A stretch of DNA of 64,000 nt from Camelus dromedarius (lineage: Eukaryota). Shown here in pieces: positions 51,530 through 64,000 of the stretch. Each line of letters opens with the position of its first letter. The first letter of the stretch is position 1. The stretch lies in NCBI RefSeq assembly GCF_036321535.1, contig NC_087437.1, forward strand, positions 107,634,001-107,698,000, written 5' to 3'. The notes beneath the pieces were generated by a model that was not told the origin of the DNA, made no database searches, and worked only from the letters and a program-made list of their open reading frames with translations. The translations under genes and the position numbers were made by a program.

Positions 51530-52100
51530 TGGTCATCTTGTTAACTTTCAAAAAACAAATCTTTGGAACGTCAATTGCAGTATTTTAAATACTTGAAATA
51601 TTTCGGAGGAGAACTGTCACCTTTACAACATTAAAATGTTACATCCCAAAACATTCCATTTTTCTTTAATTACTTTTGCATATTTTCATGTTATTTTATT
51701 GTGTTTTGAGTCTTTAGCTATTTAACTAATATTTATTGCTTAAATTTATTCCCAGATATTTTGTTTTAATATTTTTTAGATGTTATAAATGAGATTTTCC
51801 CCATTTATGTTTTAATTGCTTGTTTGGGGTTTATATTTAGATTAGATTTTTAAACATTTATGTAATTGAAAACAATTATAAATTTTGTTATTGTTGACAT
51901 TTCACTGATTATTTAGTCTTTTCCTAGTAAAAATTACATCATATATAAATAATAAAAATGTTATTTTGTTTTCAATATTTATGCTTTTTATATTCTTACC
52001 TTACCAACATAAAATGTTAAATACTCATTTTAAAAATGACAAATAATTGACTATTTAATGTGATAGATTTTTGTGTTGCTGTTTTAGGTGATATCTAGAA
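51530..52100 (-). mobile_element. Ancient L1 ORF2 fragment
   Basis: 'ggaggagaactgtcacctttacaacatt', 'aaatttattcccagatatttt', 'ttttcctagtaaaaattacatcatatataaataa'. Confidence 0.55.
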
Positions 52101-54609
52101 GAATTTGGTTAATGATGAATTCATTGTAATAGCTGTGTTTACTGAATTATCTATAATTAGTGACTTCACATTAATCTGATGAAGAGATAAAAGACAGGGA
52201 GACCTGGGACTGGGAGAGAAATAGCTATCAAAGGATGGAAGATATGAGGACATGAAAAATATTCAGTGATAAATGATGTTGAGAATAAAGATTTCTGGAA
52301 ATTTATTCCAAGGCAGTTGAAGAATAACATAGATGAGAATGGGATAAATGAATATTTAGTATCTTTTGGACACACTACTATATGCCAGTTAATATCTGAC
52401 TGCTTTTACAAAAAATTTCCTCAGAACAGTAATTTCCAAATTTGAACCGAAGGCAGAAGCATATTGTCTTACTAAAGTGGGTTTTCCTGAGTCCTACCCT
52501 GAGAGTTTGTGATCTAGTAGATTTCAATATTCCTCGTGTGCAAGTCTTACCAGAGCCTTTAGAGACAAATGGTTGAGAAAAAGGGAACTCTTGGCAAGTT
52601 CTTTATGATCCAGTGAAGGTCTGCTGTGATGCTGTGAATGTATTGTTCTTTTTTAAGGCTGTGAATCCCAAAGTCTATCCCAGACACAAAATTCACTCTT
52701 AAATATGTTCACACACCTGCTTCCTTTTCCTCCCTTTCAGTTAAGTTAGAATTAAGCAAATTATAATGGCATAGTAATTTTCAGTGAAGGCACATAAACT
52801 CTGTATTTGGGGACATAAATGATGAAGAGGATAGAATTCATTTAAATAGAAGGTGATTGGCAAGGAGCCATCACCAAAATGAGTGTGTGTACTTATATTA
52901 ACCTCATTGTCATTAATAAGAAAACTTATTTTTTTCATTCACAAGATATACCTAGATCAAAAGTCTAATTAAAAATTTTTCACTCATAGGGAAAGTGTGC
53001 TTATCTATGAATCTAAACTGGCAATTTGAATTGAGCAATGAAATGTAATTTAGAAAGAGCAGAGAGTGGACTGATGTTTATTTTCATTGGAAGATGACTA
53101 TCAGGTCCCACATTTTAATGTATGTCTCGAATCTATTACTGTTCACACATAGTTTTTCTTAATCATCTGTATAGTATCACCTGGTTCCTATTCAGCTAAA
53201 GATGACTTTAAAGTGTCACAGCTGTGCTAAAACTGAGGATGAAAAAATTATACTTTCTCTTTGACTTTTAACTCTGTTATCTCCTCTGACTTAAATAGTG
53301 CTTACAAATATTTTGGAAGACAGCCTTCATGCTTTACTTCTTGAGCAGATAGTTATGTATGGTATTTTATTTCCTGATGTTTATCAGCAGCATTCCATTA
53401 TAGATCCTTGTCTGGGATACTTAGGAGCTAAGTGATTGGTTGATTGGGGTTACAGTAGTAGAAAAAAGAAAAATCAAACAAATTTAATTTGTTTCATATG
53501 AATTCCAGCAGCAGAAATGCACACTCACTTAGCAAACCTTCCATTTTATATTGTTGAAATGCTTCAGAGCTCATTTCTTTACCCTCTTCTGCAAGAAGAC
53601 ACTCCTCAATTCCTGCTACAAGCATATACCTAGCCATTGGTTCTAGCGATAATATTCATAACAGAATCAAGAAAATATTCAAATTAAATTCTCATAAACA
53701 TTACCTCAGAACTCATTTTGCTCTTATCTTTCCAATGAGTGACACTCTAGCCTTGCTGAAAGAAAGAAGGGATTTTTTTTTTTGTACTTGTGGTAACCAT
53801 GATTAGCACCGAATGAATATATATAATATGCATATTGGAAATATATACATATATATATATAACATATACACACATACATTATTTTTGGCTCTTTTGAACA
53901 AGAAAGGAAGTGAATAGGAAAGAATAGGTAAAATTTTATGAAAAAAAAATGTGCAAGTATTAAACCCCAGTTACACGTGGTGAATGATACTACACATGTT
54001 TAAATGTTCCATATTTTAAAAGCAAACATAAACAAGGAGCAAGTAAGTAAATAAATAATTTTTAAATGGCTTTTAAAAGTGCTTCAGGTGTGTTTCATTT
54101 ACTGTTTGGATAAAAGCCTTTTAAGTTGTTTTTTCTTTTTCTCTTCAGATGTTATTTTTGGCAAAGAACCCTGTTTGAATTACTTTATTTATGTCCAGAG
54201 AAGAAACAGCCTAAATCTGAGTGAGAGACTGATTTTTTGATGCTATAAATTGTTCTATAATTGCTATAGATTTCATTTATCTTTTACAACCATTTCCAGG
54301 AAAATATTGGTTTCTAAATCTATTATAATTGTTTCTGTGGTAATGGGTGCACAATATGAGTGTGTAGGTATAAATGTAATAGTCATATATGTTTATATAC
54401 ATTCAGTGCATAATGATCTACTTTACTATTCATGCAAGTTTTTCTAAGATTGAAAGTTGTTCAAAATAAAATTTTAAAAAAGTTCATATCTATAAATATA
54501 TTTACTATATATATTCTAATGATTAGTAGTTTTTATCTGTTTTAATATGATTTTAGAATTATAAATGAAATAACTCTCTTAGTTGCTTACAATGTGTAAA
54601 ATATTTACC

Positions 54610-54910
54610 TACTGACCTGAATAGTTAATACATCTTCACCAAACCTATGAGAGTATTTTTGAAAAGTTTACAAAGGAAAGAAATTTGAGCTGTACTTGAC
54701 TTATTCTCTGAAAAGAGTAGAATGCAGGATGGTAGAAAAAAATGCTAATTGATAGTGAGAAAAAAGAAGGTGGGTTGATAGTGATGTAGAACCTAATCTT
54801 ATCAAAAAGAAGGGAGTAGGTCTTAAATATGACATCCAGAGGATTTGGTATGTCGTGGAAAGGAAGGCAAGACCACTGATGTGACACAGAAGTGATAAAA
54901 CGTGGGAAAA
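54610..54910 (-). mobile_element. L2 fragment
   Basis: 'gaagggagtaggtcttaaatatgacatccagaggatttggtatg' and purine-rich context resembling antisense L2. Confidence 0.45.
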
Positions 54911-56224
54911 GGAAATGCTTTCCTTAAAGTCCTGCAAATAAGTTTTTAAGTGGCTCATTACATTGGGGTTAGCCTTTCCCAAAATAATTTCCATTACTTC
55001 CCCACCCTATCTGATCCTGTCATTCCTATCTCTTGATAATTTTCCACAACTAAATTTCAAAACATATGCCTTTGTTTGCATTTGACACACTTAGAATCCT
55101 CCAAATAAATGCAGATTTCCATTAAAAGAAACTCAGAAGGAATTAAAAGACAAAGCAGAGCCTATTCCTCATAAATCCAGTTGCCTGGTTTTTGTTGGAC
55201 CCACACAGATTACTGTTAGGCCCTGGGAGGCAGGAGTGTTGCTCATTTTCATGGATAGAGTACATTTTAGTTTGTGTGCATCACATATTTCTCCTTGATT
55301 AAGAAAGGTTACATTCATTTGGAAAAAGTGAGCTTAAAATTGACCACATAGTTCAGTTGGCCTCCTGATTGCTCTTGGCTTGTGCTTAGGGTAGTTCTCC
55401 AATTTCCTTTCCTCTGGGTCAATTTATCTTCCGATAACACCAAAACAAATGGTTTCCTGCTAAAGCCTCAGAAGTAGTATGCTAATGTGTTGATTTTCTG
55501 CTTTGCAGCTGTAATTAATTTAGGTCAGAGAGAACTATTATAGTGTTTATATTATAAATATTTCTTATGTGTAATCTCCATTTTTTTAAAAGCAAAAGGA
55601 TTAAATCAATTTTAGTTGATCTGATAGCTTTCTTGTTCTAAATCTGCGAAGGTCATGAGGAATTACTAATTTAATTACAGTTTATAAATTAAATCATATC
55701 AATTCAATCAAAATTTTCCTCCCTCCCACATACTGTATCCATTTTTGTAATAAGTTGAATTTTGATTTTTTTTCCTATTTTATTCCAGCTCATAGAGTTG
55801 GTTAGGGAAATCATTTAAAAACATTTTTCTATTTATATTAATTAATCCAAGATGTTGCATAATCCTGTGTGGATGTCAATAATATATTTCTAAACACATT
55901 TCTTAATGCTGTTGGAAATACTAAGTTCCATGATGCTTTTCCAATGAAAAATGTCTTCTGAGAGGTTTCAGTTCCTTTCAGAAATCTTCCAGTTATTAAA
56001 AATGTTTCAAACTCAAAGTAAATTCTGATCTGATCTGAAATAGTCTTTGTCACTCATAATAACTCACACAGAGAAAGAGTGTCATTGACTATCCTTTAAA
56101 TTAAAATGAAAAAGTCTGTATTCATATTTTGTGTAAGTCATCACCAGCTGCACATGAGTTTCTACATCTTTACCTAGTGCTGTCTCCCGTCCATATTGCC
56201 TGTGCTAGAGGAGCTCAGATATTG

Positions 56225-56365
56225 TGATTCTGAATTCCATGGGGGCTTACAAAATGCTTACAATTTCCAGGCCCACTCTCAGAAATTCAAAAGCAGTCGT
56301 TCCAGGGTGTGGTTTGGAAAAGTGTTATTTTAATGAGCACAGTGGATGATTTTAATGTGAGTTGC
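56225..56365. mobile_element. MER5-type hAT MITE fragment
   Basis: 'ccaggcccactctcagaaattc...ccagggtgtggtttggaaaagtgttattttaatgagcac...gatgattttaatg'. Confidence 0.6.
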
Positions 56366-57119
56366 CTGTAGATTATATATGAAGGTGGACTAACAAGGGA
56401 CAGTAAATTTTAGAATATTTCTTAGAATTATAATATAATAAATATATATAATGTATATAAATATATACTATTTTTGGTTTATCATTCATTTCATTATAAG
56501 CTCCACTGGGTGCATAGTAGGGGAGACTTTTTATTCCTGTTTGCCTCTCAATTCTCAAAACCTACAATCTGATCTATTTTAGGGGCTTAACAAATCATTT
56601 CATTGTTGAAAAAAAGTAATATGAAAGACACGTAAAATATGACTGTTTCTTGTCTTACTCTGCTATTGATAACTGCTTAGGGTGGGGTCCTACCTGTATG
56701 AATTCCACAAAGTACAATGACTTATTTGTAGAAAATCTCCCCAAACAGTTGCTTGATTTATGAACGTGTAACCACTGGATCACTGTCCATGCAGTGCCAC
56801 CGTTAGTAACATGAGACCTCCAGGGCACACTTAAAAATACTCTTTTGTATTTCAAGGGATCACAGATGGTTCTCGTTGGAAAACAAAGTCCAGACTTGTT
56901 TTCCTCCTGCACATACTCCATTCATGGTATCTGTGGAGGAGGTAGCGGGTAAAAGACTGACCTGAGAACGTCTTGCCCACAGCCTTTTTAGAATGGCTGC
57001 AAGCTCTTCCTCTTGTGTGTGTGCCAAGAACACACCCAGAGAGGCGGATAGAAGCAGGAAGATGTGTGATCTGAGCCTCTAAGCCCTGAGTCTGTGCTTC
57101 ATTGTCCCCTCAATCATTA

Positions 57120-57260
57120 CTTACAAAAGAATTCAAAGATGAAATTATTAAGAATTTCTCAGAGATGCAGCAACTTTCAAGCATTCAACCCCAAGGGTGT
57201 GGCTTTTGTTAGCACAGGGATATCTGTGCCAGCCATAATCACACACCCCTGAGGGCTAAA
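57120..57260. mobile_element. MER91-like hAT MITE
   Basis: 'aaagatgaaattattaagaatttc...aagcattcaaccccaagggtgtggc...agcacagggatatctgtgcc...cacacacccctga' resembles recalled MER91. Confidence 0.5.
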
Positions 57261-58031
57261 ATTTTCTGTATTCCATTTTGTGTACCTCTTTTAACTGTTC
57301 AGAGAAGTATTTCTCCACAGAGCAGCCTGTGTGCAGTCAATGTACATCATTTTGGGACAAGCCGCAGGCGATAAACAGGTAGCTGTGGGATGGAAGACTC
57401 GTATTCCATGGTGAACAGATGAACAGTTAACGTGGATTTTGAAGTTCCCCTTGAATGGTGGTGAATGATCTGTAGACACTACGCTGTCTGGGTGTTGACA
57501 ACGCTGCCACAGAGCTGCTTGCCTCTGGGCAAAAGAGTAATCGGAGTCTGCTCAGATTGAATTCTGTCTTTTCCGAATCCCACCTGCTGTGAGAGCATGT
57601 ATCACCCCTGCTCCCAGGGGGTGGGGGACATTAAGTGGTCTCTTTCTTCCTCTTATCTATTTCCAGCTCTTCATTATGGTGTAGATTTTGCACTCTGTTC
57701 CCATTTTGCCCTTCTGTCTTAAAAGCCTGTTTCAGAAGTAATAAAAACATGGAAACACAACTGTTCTCTTATAATTCTTGTCCTAACAATCCTACATCTC
57801 CTTCAGGCACTATGGCTTCCTCTGAATTGGAAAAAGGCATCTATAAGGTGGTTGGAAAAATAGGCAAAGATGAATATATCAAGACATAATCAGGTTAAAC
57901 ACATATGGCATGTGAAGAATACTCAGTTTTGAAAAAGAAGATTTAAAAGAGCAGGAATCAGTCTATCCAATTTCAAGACATATTCTATAGCTTATAGTTA
58001 AGACTGGGTGATATTAGTGAAGTGAGAGACC

Positions 58032-58510
58032 TGTCAACTGAAATAAATGCGCAGCCTATAAGTTGAGAGTTATGTTTTACTTGGCGGGAGGACTCGAACC
58101 GGGACGTCAGCCTCTCAGATGGCTCTGAGGGGCTGCTCCGAAGAGGTAGAGGAGGAGCTAGGATATATAGGAGCTTTACAACAAAGACCAGGTAGTTGGA
58201 ACTATAAAAGATTACTTGTTATCTAAAGAAAACCAGGGATCTCAAGTTAAAGAATTTAGTGCTTTTCTATGTATGGGAGGAAGCAAATATTTGGGCTCAT
58301 TGAATTCATTCCTTTGACAAGCACCCAGCTATCTAGGGCCAGTATCCTGTCCTTTCTTATTCTGAGTCCCCTCAGGGTGCACCATTGTGAGTGGCTGCAG
58401 AGGCCGGGCTGCAGTCTTGTCTTCCCTGGGGGCTGGCGGCAGCCGCTGATGACTTGATGGCTTCAGCGTTCTTTGTTTACCGATATGGTTTGCAGAATTT
58501 TTCCTTCACA
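58032..58510 (-). mobile_element. Young ERV1 solo LTR (MER41-like, laurasiatherian lineage)
   Basis: TG...CA termini; perfect 4-bp TSD GACC (58028-58031 / 58511-58514); many intact CpGs; AGTAAA poly(A)-signal candidate on the minus strand near 58075-58080; L1 is colinear across it. Confidence 0.88.
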
Positions 58511-58656
58511 GACCCATAGTTCAGTGGAATAGAATGGAACCCGAAGTAGACCCAACCAAATATACTGACCTGATATTTACAAAGGTGAATATCCACTCAG
58601 TGGAGGAAGGACAGCCTGTTCAAGAAATGATTCTGGATCAACTGAATATCTATAAG

Positions 58657-58682
58657 CAAAACAAAACAAAACAAAACAAAAA
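58657..58682. repeat. (CAAAA)n microsatellite inside L1
   Basis: About 5 CAAAA units. Confidence 0.85.
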
Positions 58683-61444
58683 GAAGGAAAAACAAGCAAA
58701 ATGAATACAATGAACCTTGACCTAAACCTCACACCTTATACAAAATTAACTCAAAATCATGGATTTAAATGTAAAATGTCACATTATAAAACTTGTTAAA
58801 ATATAGGAGAGAATGTTGCGGCTCTAGAAATAGGAAGATTTTCTGACTTGGACTTCAAAACTGCAATACATAGAAAGAAAAATTGATTTGGACTTTCTCA
58901 AAATTAAATAGCCTTTACTCTGAAAAAAAGTCCTTGTTAAAGGGTTAGAGAAGGAAGCTACAAACTAGGAGAGATATTTGCAAACCACACACCTGAAAAA
59001 AGTCTAGTATCTAGAATATATAAAGCACAAAAATTCAGAAGTTAAAAAGAAAAATCTAATTAAAAAACAGGAAAATGACACGAGCAAGCATTTCCATGGG
59101 ATACACAGGCGTCACATAAGCACATGGAAAGTTATTCGACATCGTTAGCCATGAGGAAAATTCACATTAAAATTACAATGAGTTATTACCATATGCCTAT
59201 GGGAATGTACAAAGTAATAATTTTAAGAGTGACAATAACAAATGCTAGTGAAAATACAGAGGAACGGGATGCTCGTATCATGCTGGTGGTGGCATGAAAT
59301 GGTTCAGCAACTCCGGAAACACTTTGGAAACTTCTTTAAAACACTAAACATGAAACAGACATATGACCCAACAATTGCACTCCTGGGAATTTCTTCCAGG
59401 GAAAAGAAAACTTACATTCTCACACAAACCTACACCAAATTTCCATAGCGGTTTTACTCATAATAGAAATGGAAGCACAACTATGGTACATTCCTACCAT
59501 GAAACAGAACTCAGGAAAATAAAAAAAGACGCCTGGACTGTTGATACACATGAACAACTTGTGTGTATTTCCAGAAAATTATACTGTGTGGAAAAAAAAA
59601 TCTGAATATGTCTTATATTGTATGATTCCATTTATGGAACATTATGAAAATGACAAAATTGTGGAAACGGAGATCTGATTCATGATAGCCAGAGGTTAAG
59701 GATGGAGGGAAGAAGGAGGGCATGATAGAAATGAGTGTGGTATAGAAAGGCAGCGTAAGGACTTCTTGTGACGGTAAGTTGTTCTGTATTTTTACTGTAT
59801 CATGTCAATATGCTAGTGGTGATAGTTCTATATAGTTTTGCAAAATATTATCTTTAAGGGTCTGAGTGCAGACTATATGTAAGACTCCTCTATATTATTT
59901 CTTATAAATTGAATATAAATCTGCAATTATCTCAGAATAAAATTTATTGAGTTAAAAACTTACACTGTCTTACATGAAAAAAGTAATATCATACTGTGTA
60001 GTAAGTACTTTATAGCTATGTTAAAGTCATCGAAAGAAATCAATGGAGCTTACAGAGATTTGGAAAGTATTCTTAGTGCACCACTGTGTCATAGGAGTCA
60101 GCTACACTATGCAAATACTTTTCCAACTTAAAGAATAAGAATGTGTTCTTTTCATCATATTTCTGGTAGTCAGACCATTTTTACATCTTTGTTAAATTCA
60201 ATTTTCTTGGTAATATTTGACTTCAACATGAGAGCTATTTAAGCTTACATTTATATAACCAAGTAACATCTGATATTATAAAACTAAGAGTGTTTTGTAA
60301 TCCTTAAACTCCAAAACGTATTTTTCTAGTTTAAGTCTGACTATATACCAGAAAAAGATGAAAAGACTTCAGCCAAGTTAAGGATAAAAGTCTGACTTTA
60401 TTATAATTATGCAAAGTAGTTTTTACCTTAGTTTAGCATTTTGCTTTTCCATCACAATTTTCACATCACTGATTAAAGATAATTTTCACCCAAAACGTGG
60501 GAATAAGCTTTCCAGCTCTAACAAAATTAAGACTAACTGGCTAGTTCTTGTTTTGTAAACTCGAGGCCATTTTGCACATCTGATGTTCAGTCCTGTGTTA
60601 GGTCTTACTTAATGAGAGACATCATACATGGAAGAGTAAAAACAAAAACAAAAAACAAGCAAGACAAATATTTATACAATAAGAGCACGTATAAAGATGG
60701 TGAATCTCACTCAATTTATCATTACTTTCATGGACGCCCACTCTGTTACAAATACTGATCTCTGTTTTTATAGGATTTGGATCAGGACTAAGAATGCCCC
60801 AGTATCATGCTGCTTTTACACACGAAGGACTGTACTCAAAATATTATGAAGTGCTAGATTTTTTAGTGACAGTATTTATGACATTTACAATAATCATGTT
60901 GGTTGAAAACTTTGAAGAGAGCAAATGAAGTTTGCAATGTGTATGCCTCCAAATGGAGGTCTTATGGTGCCCTCCATGAATCAAAATAAGGACCACCATT
61001 AGGAAATTTTTGATTTAATAAAATTGCAGCTTCAGAAATAAGTATACTTTTTTATATCTTATACATGGTTACTCTGAATTCCAGATGTGGCAATTATTTT
61101 TGCAAATGGGTATTGACTCATTTTAAACAATAGAAGTACTTATTTTCCCTTGTCTTACTCTAGAAACCTGAACCTGTTATTACAGTCTCAAGGAACTGAA
61201 ATATGTAATTATATTTTCAAAATAAATTTCAAAGAATATTAGTATTTTAATATAGAAATGCTTCTGAATGCAGAAAAAAAAACATTGGGGCAACTAAACA
61301 TAGCTAACTTGAAATATCTTGACCAATTAAATTGAACTATACATCTATTAAAAAAAACTGATGGTTAAAATTAAAAAAAGTCTGTTTCATCTCATTAGGT
61401 GATATGACTTTAAAGGAAGCTCAGCACGCACGCTGCAGCATAAA

Positions 61445-61640
61445 TGATAGGTTTTGACATCAGAGCCCCACTTCTACACTTTTCAGCACTGTAACTTGAG
61501 GGATATGACTTAACACCTCTAAGCTCCAATTTCTTCAGCTGTAAATTTGTAGTAGTTACTTCACTGAGTTTCTAGAAGACAAAATATGTGAATGCTTTTA
61601 GAGCACTTACCACTCTGGCATTGAGTAGGTGCTCAAAAAA
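61445..61640 (+). mobile_element. MIR SINE
   Basis: 'tgacttaacacctctaagctccaatttcttcagctgtaaa...gcacttaccactctggcattgagtaggtgctcaa'. Confidence 0.75.
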
Positions 61641-63349
61641 AAAAAAAATATATATATATACATATATAACATAAGAGTATAAGTTTAAGGGGAGTATGTC
61701 TGGCCCCTCTATTCGGAGAGATCTGCCCTCTTCCCCATCAGCTGGCATAGGAATCAGTCATTTTATTTTTGATTCATTAATAGAACCACTTTTGTTGCTG
61801 GAAACAGTATCAATGTGGGAAACCCATTTGGGGTTTAGAAATAGGAAAAGAGTCAAAGAGGCATATATTAAAAGAAAGGTAAAAAAATATTCAGTGAAAC
61901 TGAACATCAAAACCCTAAGGACATATTTTTCATTCCTTGAAATGATGCCACATGGAGGTAACAACAGTGACGTTAAACATGTTCTAGTCACTCTCATTCA
62001 TTAAACGTAATTTTGTTAATTTGTGACCACCTGCTAGACTCTTTACTATAGAGATGTTTAAGGAGTATCATTTGAAAGTACTGAAAACTGTGTTCTTTTT
62101 ATAACTGTTCTCCATGAATAAAACCCCTTTAATTTCTGGAATCCCTTCCTTCCTGCCAATTAGTGCCAACTCTAGTTAGAACCACCTACACACAAAATTA
62201 TTAGCCAGCTATGCATAACACTTTGCCTTTAGCCATCAAAAAGACCAAGCCTCTGAACTTACCTTAAGAGCCAGCTATTGAAACTTGGATGTAAACCAAA
62301 CCCCAAGTATGCTAGCTATGGACTCTGCTTTATTTACCAAGAATGCATCATCTTGATCCAATCATTTTCCAAACGGATTCTGGGGTGAAACTCAGAGGCA
62401 GGGAAGTGTTTTCTTCCCAAAATAAACAAATGGATTTGACACTGAGGGAGAAATATTGTAAGTTTAAGTCTTTCCCAAGTGGGAAAGCACAAGTTCAAAG
62501 ACTGACTCCCTATCCATTCTGATTATGCTGTTTAAAACTAGAAGGTGACCTAGTGACTTATTTTTTGTTCCTACCTTCCCCAACTAAGGTCAGAAACTTA
62601 CTGTAAAAGAAAAACTTGAACCACTGTTGTGGAGCCATTTGCGGAATCATTGACTCATTAATTCTCATTCTAATACTGAATGTGTATGAATTCCACATAT
62701 TTTGAGGTGTAAAATATAATAAGCTATACAGATATATAGTATGCCTGATAGCTATTACCAAGACAGAAATGACTTACTTCTGGAGAATTTTTTATTTCTT
62801 TCCATTTGGCACAGTGTACCTAATCTTAGAAAACCTCAGTATTGCGAACTAGATAGCTTAATTGTGTGCACGAAAGGGAAATGAACAGTCAATGGAGATG
62901 GGCTGGAAACAAAAATAGCTTTGAGGATTATAAGAAAAATTTTTCGCTTGAAGAAAGAAAGCGAGGAAGAAGATGAGACTGGAAACAGAAAACTGGAACT
63001 AACCAATACACAAAGGGCTAGTTGGAAAACACTTTGAATTTTAGGGTTTGGCAAAAAATTTAAGCAATGGCAGCTGGCATTGGGAGCACAACTGAAATAT
63101 TTTGACTAAAGTAATGCAGGCTTTTAAATGTCAAAGTCATTCACTGAGTATATATATTATTATTTCTAAATTATGTATATATAAGTATATAAAATATATA
63201 TATATACACAAAAATTAGGAATAAATATATTTTGGTAAAGTTGCTTAACATTTTAATATTGATATTATGTTATCAGTAAACAAAATCAATAAACAGAAAT
63301 AAATCTTTAAAAATGCAATAATTATTTATCAATAAAAAATTTGTTTATC

Positions 63350-64000
63350 TGGGTTTAAGACGGTGGCATAAGAAGAACTTGAACTCACCTCCTCCCATGG
63401 ACATACCAGATCTAGAGCTACTGACAGAATAAATCTCTCTGAAAACTAGCTGAGCAGCTTCTCCACAACCAAACATACAAACATACAAAAAGTTACACAA
63501 AGATGGGTGGGAGAGGAGAGTTGGTCTTGCCAAAGTCTTCACCTCCAGCCCAGCACCCCACAAGCAGGAGGAATGTCACAGATACAAAGCATCTGTTGAA
63601 GGGGCAAGAAGTCTGAGTCTCACATTGGGCACCCTGTCTCCTCAGAACTGCACCAGAGAGATGGGGCCCCAAAATGCCTGGCTTTGAAAATAAAAAGGGT
63701 TTATGTCCAGGAGACCCAAAAGACTGTAGGAGACTGAGACCCTGATCTTAAAAGGCTTGTGTACAGACTCACTCACCCTAGGACCCAGCACAAAAGCAGT
63801 AGAGTAAAAGGCACCTAGACCATTTATGAAGGAGATTCATTGGCTAATCTTAAAGCATCTGCCAAAGGGTCAGGGGTCTGTTGGAACTCTCTCTGGAGAT
63901 GGAGGCCCAGGTGGACACCATCTTGGGTCTTTCCTTTCACCTTGTTAATGTTGGTGCTGGCAGGCACCATTTTTGCATTCTACTTTATCTTCATCTACTT
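63350..64000 (+). mobile_element. L1 5' UTR start (laurasiatherian L1M2/M3-type), continues beyond the window
   Basis: 'aagacggtggcataagaagaacttgaactcacctcctcccatggacatacca...cacattgggcaccc...gcccccaaaatgcctggctttgaaaa' after an A-rich target site; abrupt rise in GC content. Confidence 0.75.

Larger units (their letters stand above)
57940..59958 (+). mobile_element. Old L1 (L1MC/L1MD-like) ORF2 3' part and 3' UTR, interrupted by an ERV1 solo LTR
   Basis: 'aacctcacaccttatacaaaattaactcaaaat'; ORF 59242-59448 contains YDPTIALLGIS (ORF2p C-terminus); 3' UTR 'tatgattccatttatggaacatt...tgtcaatatgctagtggtgatag...caattatctcagaataa'. Confidence 0.9.

Noticed and set aside
59242..59605. Two overlapping + strand ORFs
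   Set aside because: Frameshifted L1 ORF2p C-terminal remnants.
1..64000. A previously undescribed multi-gene biological system
   Set aside because: No credible coding exons, operon-like structure, RNA genes or arrays were found. The content is explained by mammalian repeats plus unique non-coding DNA. Small exons of a host gene cannot be excluded without alignments.

Overview
AT-rich, CpG-poor eutherian non-coding DNA: either a very large intron or a gene desert. A tRNA-derived SINE resembling camelid Vic-1 (34922-35080) and three cetartiodactyl-type L1 3' ends suggest a camelid (alpaca/llama/camel) genome; this is an inference from recalled consensus sequences. I find no credible protein-coding gene, rRNA, true tRNA or CRISPR. 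The only protein-like ORFs in the track are decayed L1 ORF2p C-termini. A large part of the window is decayed transposable elements: L1, L2, MIR, MaLR/ERVL/ERV1 LTRs, and hAT and Tigger MITEs. All subfamily names come from recall of consensus sequences, not from a database search. Observations that ordinary repeat annotation would not explain: (i) two polyadenylated, TSD-flanked non-TE inserts (retrocopied 3' ends or orphan transductions) within 1 kb of each other in one L2; (ii) a ~210-bp locally templated copy of an LTR/flank junction pasted into an L2 about 0.9 kb upstream; (iii) an L1 internal deletion patched with locally templated filler; (iv) a young CpG-rich MER41-like solo LTR with a perfect 4-bp TSD nested in an old L1; (v) several repeat-poor, motif-dense candidate regulatory blocks and one weak candidate exon. 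The sequence does not support a new biological system; these are modest genome-evolution observations.
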